Assembly (NCBI GenBank): GCA_043228905.1
Contig: JBHGNT010000008.1
Span: 16,120,001-16,184,000, forward strand
DNA length: 64,000 bases
Direction: 5' to 3'
DNA from: Azolla caroliniana
Taxonomy: Eukaryota; Plantae; Polypodiophyta
Part shown: positions 44,326-58,410 of the stretch, in pieces
Position numbering within the stretch: position 1 is the stretch's first letter
How the letters are laid out: each line of letters opens with the position of its first letter
The notes under the pieces: generated by a model
Told to the model about the DNA's origin: nothing
Databases searched by the model: none
Seen by the model: only the letters and a program-made list of their open reading frames with translations
Made by a program: the position numbers and the translations under genes

Positions 44326-47300
44326 TGTAACAACGAATAGCATGCGGACGCAATAGAAAACCAAGCACAGAAACGCAGGTTTAATGGAGAGCTTGATAGT
44401 ACACGGGAGAGATAGAGAAAGAGCAGAACAAGTTAAATCTATTTCAAAACAATAATAGTTCGCCGTAATACTTTGTACATCGTATGTGTTCAATGAACAC
44501 TTTTATACAAGTCCATACAGACTGACAAAAGTACGGTGTACTTTAATGCTCACACAAGCGTCTAACACTAACTACGAGACATTAACTAGCTAGTAGTCTA
44601 GGTTGCTACTAGGCTTCCAGCTACTGATGGATCCGGCTAACCGGCTAACCAGCTCCCCAGCTCACCGGCTCACCGATCCGGCTCAGGCTTATTCAGCCGA
44701 TCCGGATCCGGTTGAGCTTGCTGCTCAACACTCCCCCTCAAGCTCAACTTGAGGTCGGATCGTAGTGTCAGTCTCCCTGGGAGCCGGTCCTTCTACCCGG
44801 CTCCTTCTAGAGTCACTCCGCCTCACTCGCGCTCCTCGTCCATGCGGGTCCCATTTGCCACGACCCTTCTGTTTCTACGCACCTCGACCTCCTCGATCGG
44901 CTTGTCTGATCAAAAGGCCCAAGTCAACTCCCTCGTTGTTGTGACTTCGGCACTTGTCAATTCGCTGATTCCTTCGTGTTGGCATCAATTTTTGCTGCCT
45001 TCTCGTCGTCTTGGCCTTGAATTGATCCAGTTCTTTCGAATCCATCTGTTGAACCTAGTAGACTGTCTCTGATTCATTCGAAATCTTGTCCGAATCGGTC
45101 GCTCCCAATTCGTCTTCCGGTTCTAGGCCCTTCACCACATCGAACCATGTACGGGTCTTGGCCTTCTTCTTCCAGTCAGCTCTGTCCTTCTTGACTCTGC
45201 TGTTGTTGCCGCATGTTCCGAATTGTTTGGATGTGTCAACTTCCTTTGTCGACTCGGCTCCTTTCTTCTTCTTGTCTCTTCCTTTGTCAGTTCTTCCTTC
45301 ACCGGCGCAATCGGCAGTTTCTTTGCCTTTGCCCGTTCTGGTGTCTTTGCCCGTTCTCCCCCTCAAGTGTGGCATGTCGAGATGCTGAACACCAAGCATT
45401 TTGGTGAAGTGCTGCAACTTGTCCGATCCGAGTGGTTTGGTGAAGATGTCAGCAACTTGCTGATCCGTATGAACATACCGAAGTTCAACGTCACCGCTCA
45501 GGACACGCTCACGCACGAAGTGGTTGCGCACTTCTATGTGCTTTGTGCGAGCATGGAATACGGAGTTCTTGGTGAGCTGCCTGCTGCTTATGTTGTCGTA
45601 GTAGATCAGGATCGGGGTCGGCACCTCGATTGGCAGGTCTTGCAGCAGTCGCCGAAGCCAGATGGCCTCACAGGTGGCATTGGTAGCAACCCGGTATTCA
45701 ACCTCAGTGCTCGAAAGAGCCACTATTGGCTGGATTTTGCTGCTCCACACAACAACCGCGCTACCAAGGGAAAACATATAGCCGGAGGTGGATCGACGAT
45801 CCGATGCATCGCCGGCCCAGTCGGCATTGGTGTAGCCGACTAGCTCTTCGGTTATACCATGCCGGTATAACAATCCCCGGTCCTTCGTGCCACTCACATA
45901 TCGCAAAATGTGATGCGTACACAGAAGGTGCTCCACGATCGGCTTCTGCATATATTGGCTGATCACGCCGACCAGATAATTGATGTCGGGTCGGGTGATT
46001 GTCAAATATATAAGGCTTCTGACGATTTGTCGGAACCGCTTCTCATCGCAGGCCGGTCCGGAGTCGGGACAAAACTTCTGGTTCCGGTCCAGGGGTGTGG
46101 AGATAGGTCGGCATTCTGTCATGCCGTACTTGTACAACATATTCAACACATAGTGTCGTTGTGAGAGCAGTATGCCGTCGGGTGTTCGGATCACCTCGAT
46201 CCCAAGGAAATAGTGAAGGTCCCCTAGGTCCTTCGTCTCAAATGTGTCTGATAGCTAGAACTTGACTCGGCTGATTTCATCAAGTCTGGGTCCGGTGATG
46301 ACTAGATCATCAACATACAGCAAAATGCAAACTGAACCATCCGGACATTGCCGGATGAACAACAAAGAGACGGACTTGGAGGATGCAAACCCCATCTTAC
46401 GCAACTAGTGCGTGATCTTCACATTCCAAGCTCGGGGGGCTTGCTTCAGGCCATAGAGTGACTTCTTCAGCTAGCATACCGCCGACTCTTTCATCTCTGT
46501 CTGGAAACCAAGGGGTTGGGTCATAAAGACCTCTTCTTCAAGATCTCCTTATAGAAATGCATTCTTCACGTCCATTTGGTGAAGATGCCACCCCCTTGCC
46601 GCGGCAATCGCTAGCACCACACGAACCGCCGACATTGTCGTTACCGGAGCAAAGGTCTCGTTGTAGTCGATTCCGTGGGTCTGCGCGTATCCCTTCGCCA
46701 CTAACCGGGCCTCGTACCGTTTAATCGAACCGTCAACATTGTACTTTACCTTGTACACCCACTTACTTCCGATCGGTTTATAGTGTCGGGGAGGGTCAAC
46801 TAGGTCCCATGTGTCGTTGGCATCAAGTGCCCACATTTCTTCCTCCATAGCGGCATGCCAACTTGCGTCCTTTGCCTCTTCTGCGTAGCTTTCCAACTCA
46901 CGCACTTCCGCCACCTTAGTCATGTACGCATAATGATGCGCCATGTATTCATTGTACCCGTACCGCGTAACTGGGTTCTTCAGGTGGGAAGACTGGCGTA
47001 ACTTGGTATTACCCGGTTTGGGGCCCTTCTTGGCCAGGTCGGACTTCGTTCTTGAAGATCCGCCTTCATCCTTTCCGGAGTCCGATTTGTTCCGATCTGA
47101 GTCATCGTTGCCAGTTTCGTATTCTAGCATCTTCTTTTTCCCCTTTTCTTTGCGCATGAACCGTCTCCTCAGTTCCTTGCATGGGGAGAACACGACAGAG
47201 TCTTTATTACTTGTCGGTTCCTCATCCGACCAGTCTATCAGACCCAGTCGCTCATTTGGCCTGCTCAACCGAAACGATTCCGGACTCTCATCTAGAGTCT

Positions 47301-50154
47301 CGAACCCTTCATCTTCTAACTGGACCGGTTCAGGCTCACTAGTCTCATCCTCCGGTATCGAGTCGGGGTCGTAAGTCGAAGCCGGTAAGGCATACCATGA
47401 TGCCGTCTCATCAAACTCAACATCCCGGCTAACTCGGACCTGCTTCGTTCGGGTGTTATAACACTTATACCCCTTTTTCTCATGCGAGTAACCGACTAGG
47501 ATGCATTTCTCCGACTTTGCATCCAACTTCCTCCGCTTCTCATCCGACACATGCACATATGTAATGCTACCGAATATCCGAAGGTGTCGCAAATTCGGCT
47601 TGCGCCCGAAATACAGGTCATGTGCGGACACCTTGTCACCGATCCGGTTTTGGATATAGACGGCCATCCGGACCGCCTCAACCCAGTAGAAATGGGGCAT
47701 GCTCTTCTCCTCCAACATTGCCCTTGCCGCGTTGACAATCGACCGGTTCTTCCTCTCGGCCACACCGTTTTGCTCCGGTGTGTATCTGTAGCTGAACTCT
47801 CTTTGAATTCCTTTTTGTTGCAGATAACTGTTGAGTTGGCCGGAAAAATATTCTTTTCCACCATCCGACCGTAGGCACTTCATCCTCCTCTCCGTTTCCC
47901 GTTCAACCAAACTTCGGAGGTTCCGGAAACACTCGAAGACTTCACTCTTCTGCTCAATGAGGTAGATCCACGTGTGTTGGTTGTAGTCGTCGATGAAGGA
48001 GACGAAATACTAACTCCCGCCAAGACTAACGTTCTGTGCCGGTCCCCATACATCCAAATGAATAAGGTCGAGCTTGTTATGGCTTCAGTTTCATTCGGTG
48101 GGGAATGAAAGCCAGTGTTGCTTCCCAAGTTGGCAGGCTTCACATATTTGGGCCTTCCGGCCACTGAACTTCAGTAAACCGAAAACAACTTGATTCATCT
48201 GCAAGTCTTGAAGCCTCTGGTAATTGACCTGGTCGATTCGCTTGTGCCAGAGATCAATATCCGATTCAATCTTTTGTCCTTTGGTGAACAAAGTGGTGCC
48301 AACGTCATTGGTGTCGACGATGAACATCCTCCCATCTCTGCGCCCTTGCGCAATAATTTGGCCCTCTTCCTCGATGAAGCACCCAAGATGCGTAAACCGC
48401 ACTTGCATCCCCTGGTCAACGATCTGACCGACTGACACCAGGTTCTTCATGATAATCGGAACGTCTAGTACGTTCATCAGCTTCCCCTTCTGTCCGACGT
48501 GGCTCAAAGGGACTTCTCCGATATGCACGATTGGGTGAGGAGTGTCGTCTCCGGTTTCAACGACTCGTTGTTGTTCCGGTTTCTCCAAGAAGGAGAACCA
48601 CTCTTTGTGGCCCGTCATGTGATTCGACGCACCGGAATCAACGTATCACACTTCCTCAGATTTGGAAGTGGTCTTCTTCATCGAGTTAGGCTTGTGTTTC
48701 ATCACCAAGGCTGGCCCTTTACCGGCTTCTCCGGTTTTGGATCCTCCCGATCCTTCTGCATAGTGCGAGTATTGTTGGTTCTCTCTGCCGGCTTTGCCGT
48801 ATCCGGATCTATCCGAATCAACGAGCTTCTTCTAGCACTCGCTTTCTCTGTGGCCCTTCTTACAACAGTACCAGCATTCCATGTCGGCTTTTGCTTGCCG
48901 ACCTCTGACGCCGCCTTGACTCCCTCTACTTGTGGAGGGTCTGGAACTGTTGTCGGCACGTTCTCTATGCCTTCGGTCATGCTCTTGTCGGCTCCTACCA
49001 TTGCGAGCTGACCGGCCTCGTCCACCACGTCCACGAGGCTGATCTGCCTTTGTGTACAACATCCAGTTGTCAGTGGGTGCACTTATTGACACACCGGCGT
49101 GGTTCTCCTCCACAAGGAGCATCGACTGTAAGTCGAAAAATGTCGGCGTATTCTCCCTTGTACACACAACAGTTCGGAACGCTCCGAATTTTGACGCCAA
49201 AATTCTGAGACAAATTTGCACCATATCGGCTTCTTCGATATTCACATCGATGGAGGCTAGAGAGTCGCAAATGTCCTTGATTTTGGACGTGTAGTTTGCC
49301 ACCGACAAATCGCGTTGTCGTAGGTTGCTCAGCTCTTGGCGGAGTTGAAGCTTACTGGCAGTAGTGCTTGCGGCGAAAATCTTCTTCAGATTTCCCCAAA
49401 CATCTTTCGGCGTTTTTGCATCCCGAATGTAGCTTAGGAGTTGTTCACCCATACAAGACGCAAAGTAGTACAGTACTTTGCTCGCTGACTGTTCCCACAC
49501 CGGGAAATCTTTGTGTGTTGATTCGGGGGTTGTGTCATTTGCTCCGTCGACATAGCTCCAGTAATCGTGCCCGAGTAGGTACTAGTGCATCTTGTAGGAC
49601 CAAGATGCATAGTTGTTTTTGTCGAGCTTCTCCGTCGGAAGCGAGCTAGCCATTCCTCTATCCATCGGTTTTTACCTGTTCTTCTTGGTTGGTTTTCTTT
49701 TCAAGCTATGTCGGTTGTAGAGGTTCTCAACCCTCACGCTCTGATACCATGTAACAACGAATAGCGTGCGGAAGCAATAGAAAACCGAACACAGAAACGC
49801 AGGTTTAATGGAGAGCTTGACCGTACACTGGAGAGACAGAGAAAGAGTAGAACAAGTTAAATCTATTTCAAAACAATAATAGTTCGTCGTATGTGTTCAG
49901 TGAACACTTTTATACAAGTCCATACGGACTGACAGAAGTACGGTGTACTTCAATGCTCACACAAGCGTCTAACACTAACTATGAGACATTAACTACCTAG
50001 TAGTCTAGGCTGCTACTAGGCTTCCGGCTACTCATGGATGCGGCTAACCAGCTCCCCAACTCACTGGCTCACCGATCCGGCTCATCCTTCCGAATACCTA
50101 ACCGGCTCAAGCTTATTCAGTCGATCCGGATCCGGTTGAGCTTGCCGCTCAACA
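44326..50154 (-). mobile_element. Ty1/copia element H (relative of A and B), full length and decayed, in E protease
   Basis: LTRs at 49750-50154 and 44326-44730 with substitutions and indels. TSD GAACT. PBS-Met at 49738-49749 (minus). PPT at 44731-44739. Confidence 0.93.
44725..49665 (-). pseudogene. Copia H gag-pol
   Basis: CWYCCKKGHRESEC; [11 protein letters not shown]; MDVKNAFL; ADWAGD; tail in frame to ELEGEC*. Confidence 0.9.
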
Positions 50155-53100
50155 GAACTCCACATAAACGCAAGTGATCATACCTATCAAGTTCACATGG
50201 CAAATAGAATTGTTCAATACATCACTGCCATTGTTTGTCAACTGCCAATTCAAATAGATATCTATTTGGAGAAGCTTGACTTTCATGTTATGAAACTACA
50301 ATCCATAGATGTCATTTTAGGATACCCTTGGTTTTTTAATAAAAACCCTTCTTTGTCCATTGATTGGGTTAATCACTCAATCACATTTGAAGTTAATAAT
50401 TGTAAACATTTTATTCAATGTTCCAAACTTCCTTCTCGTTCACTTGTGTCTTCTAAATCTTTAAGTGAGTATTCACGTTCATTAATTTATTCGTGTGTAA
50501 TTGATCTTGCGCTTCAATTTTATTATTTTAATATTGACGCCACACAATTACCACATTATGAACAACAATTACTAGACTCTATTTTAGATGATTTTCAAGA
50601 CGTGTTTCCTAACGAATTGCCACTTACTTTACCACCAAAATGTAATGTGGACCATCAAATTGAACTCATGCCTAGTGTTGCTCATGTGAGCATTCCACCT
50701 TACCGACTTAGTCGATTAGAAGAGGATGAGATCACTAAACAACTTAAGGAATACCTGAGTATGGGCCACATTAGGTATAGTAAATCACCTTGGGGTGTGC
50801 CTGTTCTATTAGTTAAGAATAAGGAAGGTTCATGGCAAATGTGTATCAATTATCGCCGTTTGAATAAAATGACAATTAAAAATGCATATCCGTTACCTCG
50901 TGCCGATGATTTGATTGATCGTTTGCATGGGCCCCGATATTTTACGAAAATTGACTTACAGACATGTTATCATCAGATTCGCATTGCCGAGGATGATATT
51001 CCTAAAACTGCTTTTCGTACGCGCTATGGCCATTATGAGTTTTTAGTCATGCCTTTCGGGTTGACTAATGCACCAACCACATTCCAACAAGCGATGAATG
51101 ACGTTTTCCTAGATCAACTCGGATTTTGTTGTCGTCTTCTTGGATGATATTTTGATATATAGCCATACCTTACAAGATCATGTTCAACATGTTCGATTTG
51201 TTTTGCAAAAGTTGCGTGACAACTCTTTCTATGCAAAACATTCAAAATGTGATTTTTTCCAAAAATCTATTGTGTACCTAGGTCATTTAATCACGGAAAA
51301 TAGTGTTGAAATTGAACCTTCTCGTATTGAAAAGGTTAAAATTTGGCCCATTCCTCGTAATATTCGTGAACTGCGATCATTCTTAGGGTTTGTTGGATTT
51401 TTATGAAAATCAATTCGTAACTATTCCAAATTGACTATGCCATTTACTGACCTTTTAAAAGGTCATCCACGTAAGTCTGTCAAACCAATTGCATGGAATG
51501 AACAACTTGACAAAGCATATGACACACTCAAAGAGCATGTGTGTCAGGGTCCCACTCTTCTATTATCGGACCCTTCTAAGCCTTTCTCAATCGAAACCGA
51601 TGCTAGTGATTATCCTATTGGTGTCGTTCTTTATCAAGGTGGTCACCCTATTGCTTTTGAAAGTAAGAAGCTTGATGCTGCTCAGTCTTGGTATTCGGTT
51701 CAAGAGAAAGAGTTGTTTGCGTTAATACATACACTTAAAACATGGAGGCACTATCTGTATAGAAATAAATTTGTGGTTACAATAGACATCAATCATTGAA
51801 GTATTTTTGTGACCAGCCAGATCTTGTTGGTCGTAAAGGCCGTTGGGCTTGACAAGAACTACACGCTCCCGATGAACAACGCTCGGCCACAACCGAGTCT
51901 AAGATCAAACACAGAAAACGGATAATGAACGCACGACACAAAGGAGAGAAGAGTACACAGGATGTTTAACATGGAAAACCCTGAGAGGGGGAAAAACCAC
52001 GGGAGTCCACAGACTCCAAACTATCACTATATCACAATGGTTACAACAGTGAGCTCATGGAGGCAACGACCTCGCGCTCACGATCTTCGCCACAAGCGGT
52101 GGTTACAACAGAGGCAACAACCTCTTCCTCTCTCTCTCTCTCTCTCTCTGTACACTGTTACGCGCTCTCTAATCTTGCGCAAACAAGAATGACAACAACT
52201 CATCATATTCTAAGTTTGCCCTAAGTCATTTATACTAATATGACTTTTCGGCTATTTACAAATATAGCCCCGATGGCCTCTCAGGAAACATATTTACGAA
52301 TATGTCCATTCATCCGGTGAACACTTCTCACCGGGCCTTCACCATCCGGCTCTTGCCGGGTAATCCTCATCCGGTTCTCACCGAGTCTTCCGTAGCTGGG
52401 TACTCCTCATCCGGTTCTCACTGGGTCTTCCGTCGTTGGGTACTCCTCATCCAGTTCTCACCGATTCTTCCGTAGCTGGGTACTCCTCGTCCGGTTCTCA
52501 CCGGGTCTTCCGTAGCCGGGTACTCCACATCCGGTTCTCACCAAGTCTTCCGTAGCTGGGTACTCCTCATCCGGTTCTCATCGGGTCTTCCGTAGCCGGG
52601 TACTCCACATCCGGTTCTCACCGGGTCATCCGTAGCTGGGTACTCTTCGTCCGGTTCTCACCGGGTCATCCCATCCAGAGGGACCTATTTCCTAACAGGG
52701 CTGACCTTATGCAAGATTTTGATTTTTCCATACGGTATCGCAAGGGTTCTATCAACATTGTTGCGGATGCTCTTAGTCGCATTAAAGAAGTTAACTTGCT
52801 TAGCTTCAGGGAAATAAAATATGATCTTTTAGATCACCTTCGAGGGAAATACCTTGATGACAGTTATTTTTCGAAATACTGGACGAAAGCCAAATCTGGT
52901 TTAGATGCCGATACTAGCACCCTACCCTCGAAGTTGATCTTTCACATTACAAATAGTTTGCTCTACCATAGTGGAAAGGTCTGTGTTCCAGATTTACCAA
53001 ACGTAAAACAGAAAATTCTTCATGAATGTCATGATGCACCATCTGTTGGTCATCCTGGAATACAACGCAGAGTCGTTTTCATCTCGAGTACTTTTTTCTA

Positions 53101-54006
53101 GCCTAAGATGCGCTTTGACGTGCATAAATACGTAACTCAATGCTTGCAATGTCAAACTAATAAGTCGGAACGACTTAAAGCTGCTGGTCTTTTACATCCC
53201 TTAGATATTCCCAACAACAAATGGGAAAGTATCTCAATGGATTTTATTGTTAGTTTACCTCGTACACAAAGGGGTCATGATGACATTTGGGTTTTCGTTG
53301 ACATACTAACAAAATTGGCTAGATTTATTCCTACCAAAACCACGATAACTGCTCAACAATTGGCTTATCAATTTGTTGATGAGTTATTTCGTTTTTATGG
53401 ATTACTGATGGATTTTGTTAGTGATTGAGATTCCAAGTTTAGTAGTAACTTTTGGACTCAAGTCTTTAAGAAACTAGAAACTACGTAGAGCATGAGTTCC
53501 GCAAATCATCCTCAATCTGATGGACAAATTGAACGAGTTAATCAAATTATTGAGGACATGCTTCGAGCTTATGTAGCAAAAACCCCTTCTAAGTGGGAGC
53601 AATACCTTCCTATCTTAGAATTTGCCTATAATAGCTCTAAACATACATCCACCGGATATAGTCCTCTTATGTTGATGTATGGTTTTCAGCCACATGCCCC
53701 AGTTGATGTCACGATTCATCGTGATACATTAGACAGTACACGCAATTTCTTGCAAGACATGAACCAAATGTTGCATATTTCCAAAGAGAATGTGAAGACA
53801 GCTCAAGATCATGCTCGATTTTATGTTGATCAAGATAAACGTCCTAGTGCATTTACTATTGGTCAAAAAGTTTTTTGCGTGTCCCTACTGACTCTACGTC
53901 ATTGTCTACGGGGAAGTGCGCTAAGTTAGCCCCACGATATTATGGCCCATTTGAAATCCTTAAGTGGGTTGGCTCATCTGCTTATCACCTTGCCTTACCC
54001 CATTGT
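50155..54006 (+). pseudogene. Element E protease end, RT, RNase H and integrase, interrupted by a solo LTR
   Basis: DVILGYPW; [11 protein letters not shown]; [16 protein letters not shown]; ETDASDY; WESISMDFI; HPQSDGQIERVN; APRYYGPF. Confidence 0.9.
51850..52697 (-). mobile_element. Solo LTR of the F/G (Tork-like) copia family
   Basis: TG...CA ends; TSD GGGCT on both sides; minus strand starts TGTTAGGAAATAGGTCCCTCTGGATGGGA; about 40-bp tandem repeats at 52350-52670. Confidence 0.92.
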
Positions 54007-54008
54007 TG

Positions 54009-55837
54009 TGTTGTTTCGCTTTCGCGTTGGAAATAAGGCGCGACCGCAGGGGCCCTGAACCGAGGAGCAAGAGAAAGAAAAGGGAGGGGGAAGCGCGCAA
54101 GCGTAGGGAAAAGAAAAGGAAGACTCACAAGAACACAGATAGACGAGAACAGGAGATTCAATTACAATAACAATAACGATTACAGTGTTTGCAAGATTAT
54201 AGCCGGCTAGCCGGCGACAAACACAACCCTCACAATCACTCACCCACACACCCACACAGTAGAGCCTTGCCAGAAGGCACACGGCTTTCCTCGAAGCAGA
54301 GGGAACCAACACGGAATCCTACAGAGAACAACGAAGGAGGAGAGAGCTCGGTTCCCAGTCCGACAGCACCTCGACCTGCCCTTCACACGCTCGTACCAAA
54401 GCCTTCACGATCGGTCCGTGTCTGCGTTCTACCTTCCTGTTCGCCTTCGGATTGTACGTTGTAGTGAGGGAGAGCTTGACCCCTAACCGGTCGAACAGCT
54501 CCTCAACTTCCCGCGCTTCCAGCTCTCCCCAATTCGCCACGATTTTCCCTACACATCCGTACCGGCACACTACCTCCTCGATCAAGAACCGGCACACCGC
54601 TGCAGTTGTCTTGTTCGTCTATGCGCGTCCTTCCACTTGGTTCATTAAATCTTCCCGCGCAAGCACCAGATACCGCATCTGCCCTACTCCCATCGGCATT
54701 GTCACTACGTCCACCATCCATTTGAAGTGGATGGTCGGCGGGTAGGTTGGGTGCAGCTCGTCTCAATGCCGGATTGTGAAGTGAATCTGACAGTTTTCAC
54801 ACGTTGTTACGAAGTGGAACACATCCCGATACAGCCTCGGCCACCAATACTTCTCTTTCAGTTTCTCAAACGTGGCCCATGTCCCGCGGTGTTCGGCCCA
54901 AGGACTCTCATGGTATGCCGTAAGCAACGCGTCCTGCTCGTCCTTTCTCGCTACTACGCGGAGTGGGACACCGCCTCGCTTCTTAGGGTGCCTCCATATG
55001 TTCCCGTCCCATAGGAAGAACCGGTAAGCTTTCTTTCGGATCCGGCTAGCCTCTTCTTTTGTCCACGCCGTGTCTGGTGTCATTGTCTTTAGGAACCTAC
55101 CGATCTAGAGCAACTCCCCATCGTACTCGTTAAGCGCCTGAGTGCTTCTCCCCTTAGTTATGTATGCCGTCTCGAAGAAGTCTACGCTGACTTCCTCGTC
55201 CTCTGAAACCATGTCGTCCTCGTCGTCGAACCGCGCTTTCGAAAGCATGTCGGCCATGGCATTGTCCGTCTCGATTATTACCTCTGTCCCTATAAGATAA
55301 TCTTTGTCGGCCTTAACCGTCGAAACGATACCCCATAGTTTGCGCTTAACTTGGGCGTATCCTCATTGTCGCTCACTGAGAACCTTCGCCCCGAACTAGA
55401 TCGGGAACCGCGCACCCCTCTCGTCCTCCTGATTGATCACCCATCTGATCCCGGTCGGGCTTGTGTCAACAGTTAAGTAGACAGGGATCTCCTTGCCATA
55501 AACCGCTTTCCTGAGAGCCGGTGATGCGGTAAGCGCCTCCTTCAGTCTCTGGACCGACTCAGTATGCTCCTTGCCCCATTCAAATTTGCGCCCCTTCTTC
55601 AGCAACCCGTAAAGTGGTTCTGCGATGTGTGCGTAGTGTAGAATCCACATGTGGTAGAACGCGCACGTGCCCAGGAACCTCCGCACCTCCGGAACCGACT
55701 TGCACTCTTCCTTCATTACGGAGATGGCTTCTATCTTTGCCGGAGACGGTTTTCGACAGTAGGGCCCGCACATGTGACCGACCACTAGGATCTCCGACTG
55801 ACCGAACGCCTATTTCTCTACGGAGAAGGTGAGCCGT
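54009..55837 (-). mobile_element. Truncated D-like gypsy J: part of the 3' LTR fused to integrase, plus RH and the end of RT
   Basis: EEVVCRYGCVGK, HRGTWATF and VDTSPTGI are homologous to D. Integrase breaks near 54365 into LTR-like sequence. Boundaries approximate. Confidence 0.8.
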
Positions 55838-56185
55838 TGTCGCGAAAATACGAAGAGGATACGTGAACTTGAGGCACGACACCGGGGCCTTCGGCTGGAG
55901 GACATCATATTCGTGCTTTTATATTTTTAACAATTAACGGAAATAAGAAATTTCATAATTTTCATTAACAAGAAAAGAAATTACAATATGTCCCAAGATT
56001 GGGATTCAAAAGTCTTATCTTATGGAAGCCATAGCTCTCAAAAACCCTAAATTTTCTATGGAAGCCATAACACTCATAAACCATAATTTTCCATACGGAA
56101 GCCATATCTCTCATAAACCCTAATTTTCTTACGGAAGCCAAAAACCCTATTTTTCCCTACGGAAGCCATATCTCTCAAACCCCTA
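55838..56185 (-). mobile_element. LTR fragment K of the D/I group, inserted in J RT
   Basis: Starts TGTCGCGAA like the I LTR; shares ACCGGGG..TT.G.CTG..GAGGAC; left flank CCGT; about 36-bp repeats GGAAGCCATA...AAACCCTAA. Confidence 0.65.
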
Positions 56186-58080
56186 ATGCATATATGCATA
56201 CACTGTTACACATACAAGCATACATACATTACATATTACATATATACACATATGTACATTCATACATGTACATACATGCATTGTATATGCATATATTACA
56301 ATCACACATTCATATACATTGAATCATGTACATTCTCATATATATATGCATACACATACATACATTACATATGCATACACATATGTACATTCGTACATGG
56401 ACATAACTATATTCATTTATATATTGCTACATATAGATACACTAGAATCATGTACATTGTCATATGGATATATGCATACACATACATACATACATGTATA
56501 TATACATACATACATTACATATGTATATATGCATACACATATGTACATTCGTACATGGACATACATATATTCATTTATACATTGGTACACATACATACAC
56601 ATACATACATAAGATATATACATAGATATTATGCACATATTACAATCACACATCAATACACATTGAATCATGTACATTTGCATATGCATATATGCATACA
56701 CATATGTACATTCGTACATGGACATACATATAGTCTTTTATACATTGCTACATGTACATACACATACGTACATACATACATACATACATACATATATTAG
56801 ATATATACACACATACATATATATATATACACCTACATATAGTCTTTTATACATACACATACATTACATATGGATATATGCATACATATGTACATTCGTA
56901 CATGGACATACATATATTCATTTATACATTGCTACATATACATACACATAGATATACATAGATATTATGCACATATTACAATCACACATCCATACACATT
57001 GAATCATGTACATTTGCATATCCATATATGCATACACATATGTACATGGACATACATATAGTCTTTTATACATTGTTACATGTACATACACATACTTACA
57101 TATATTAGATATACACACACATACATATATATATACATATATATATATATATATGTATGTATATGTATATGTATATATATATATATATGTATATGTATAT
57201 GTATATATATATATATGTATATGTATATGTATATATTATACATACACATACATATATATTACAAACAAATATCCACACACACATTCAAATATACATGCAT
57301 TACATATTACAATGTACATTCATATATTCATTCATTCATACATGCATACATTATGTGCACATACATACATAACATACATCCATACTAAACATAACATTCA
57401 AACATTCATGTTTTTTTAATTTAGATTTTTGCCGCCTCCTCCTTTGCTCCCTCCTCTTCTCTCCTCATTGCCACTGTCACCTCTTCTCCCCTTGTTTCTG
57501 TCCTCATTTTGTTGCCTTTGATCTTGTTTTTCCTCCTCCATTCTCGTTTGGCCGCCACCACCACTCACCTTGTCATGCCACTTTTGCTCACCATTATTCT
57601 CTGTCAGGGCTGCCACAACTACTATACAAATATTTTACAGGTACACATAAGTACAAACATCATACATACATAAACCAACACATAAATTCTTAGACACACA
57701 CACACACACATATAACATATATAACCATACACATTGGCCATAAATACAATACATACAATAAACGAAATTAATACATTACAATACAATATGTACATACATA
57801 CACACATACCTATATACACATATATACACTTACATACATACACACATACCTATATACACATATATACACTTACATACATACACATATAACACATAGCACA
57901 TAACACACAACACACATGCATACCACATACAAACATATATGATGTATGGAAAATACATACACATACACAAACATAACAAACAACACACATGCATACCACA
58001 TACAAACATATATGATGTATGGAACATACATACACACACACATCGCACATGCATACCACATTCACAATGCACACATACAC
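56186..58080. repeat. CATA/TACA/TA low-complexity array with about 340-bp higher-order units, interrupted by a pyrimidine-rich island at 57420-57620
   Basis: ATATTACAATCACACAT..ATA.ACATTGAATCATGTACATT recurs near 56293, 56636 and 56972. Confidence 0.85.
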
Positions 58081-58410
58081 ACATATATATGATATGGTTA
58101 TATAAAAAATGGTAGGTGGGCCATTCTATGTGTAGATAATGGATGAAGAATCTATCATTGAAGTGTTTGAATACCACATTCACAATGCACACATACACAC
58201 ATATATATGATGTATGGTTATATGAAAAATGATAGGTGGGCCATTCTATGTGTAGATAATGGATGAAGAATCTATCATTGAAGTGTTTGAATACCACATT
58301 CACAATGCACACATACACACATATATATGATGTATGGTTATATGAAAAATGATAGGTGGGCCATTCTATGTGTAGATAATGGATGAAGAATCTATCATTG
58401 AAGTGTTTGA
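58053..58410 (+). repeat. 120-bp tandem triplication that includes the transposase start codon
   Basis: Three copies ending ...TGTGTAGATAATGGATGAAGAATCTATCATTGAAGTGTTTGA. Confidence 0.9.

Larger units (their letters stand above)
41102..54006 (+). mobile_element. Ty3/gypsy chromovirus-like element E (decayed), inserted in C; 3' end not visible
   Basis: 5' LTR 41102-41569 (TGTTA...TAACA); PBS-Met at 41571-41582; domain order gag-PR-RT-RH-INT. Confidence 0.85.

Noticed and set aside
53930-54010. Chromodomain of element E
   Set aside because: The sequence is interrupted by J just after the GPF motif, so the domain cannot be seen.
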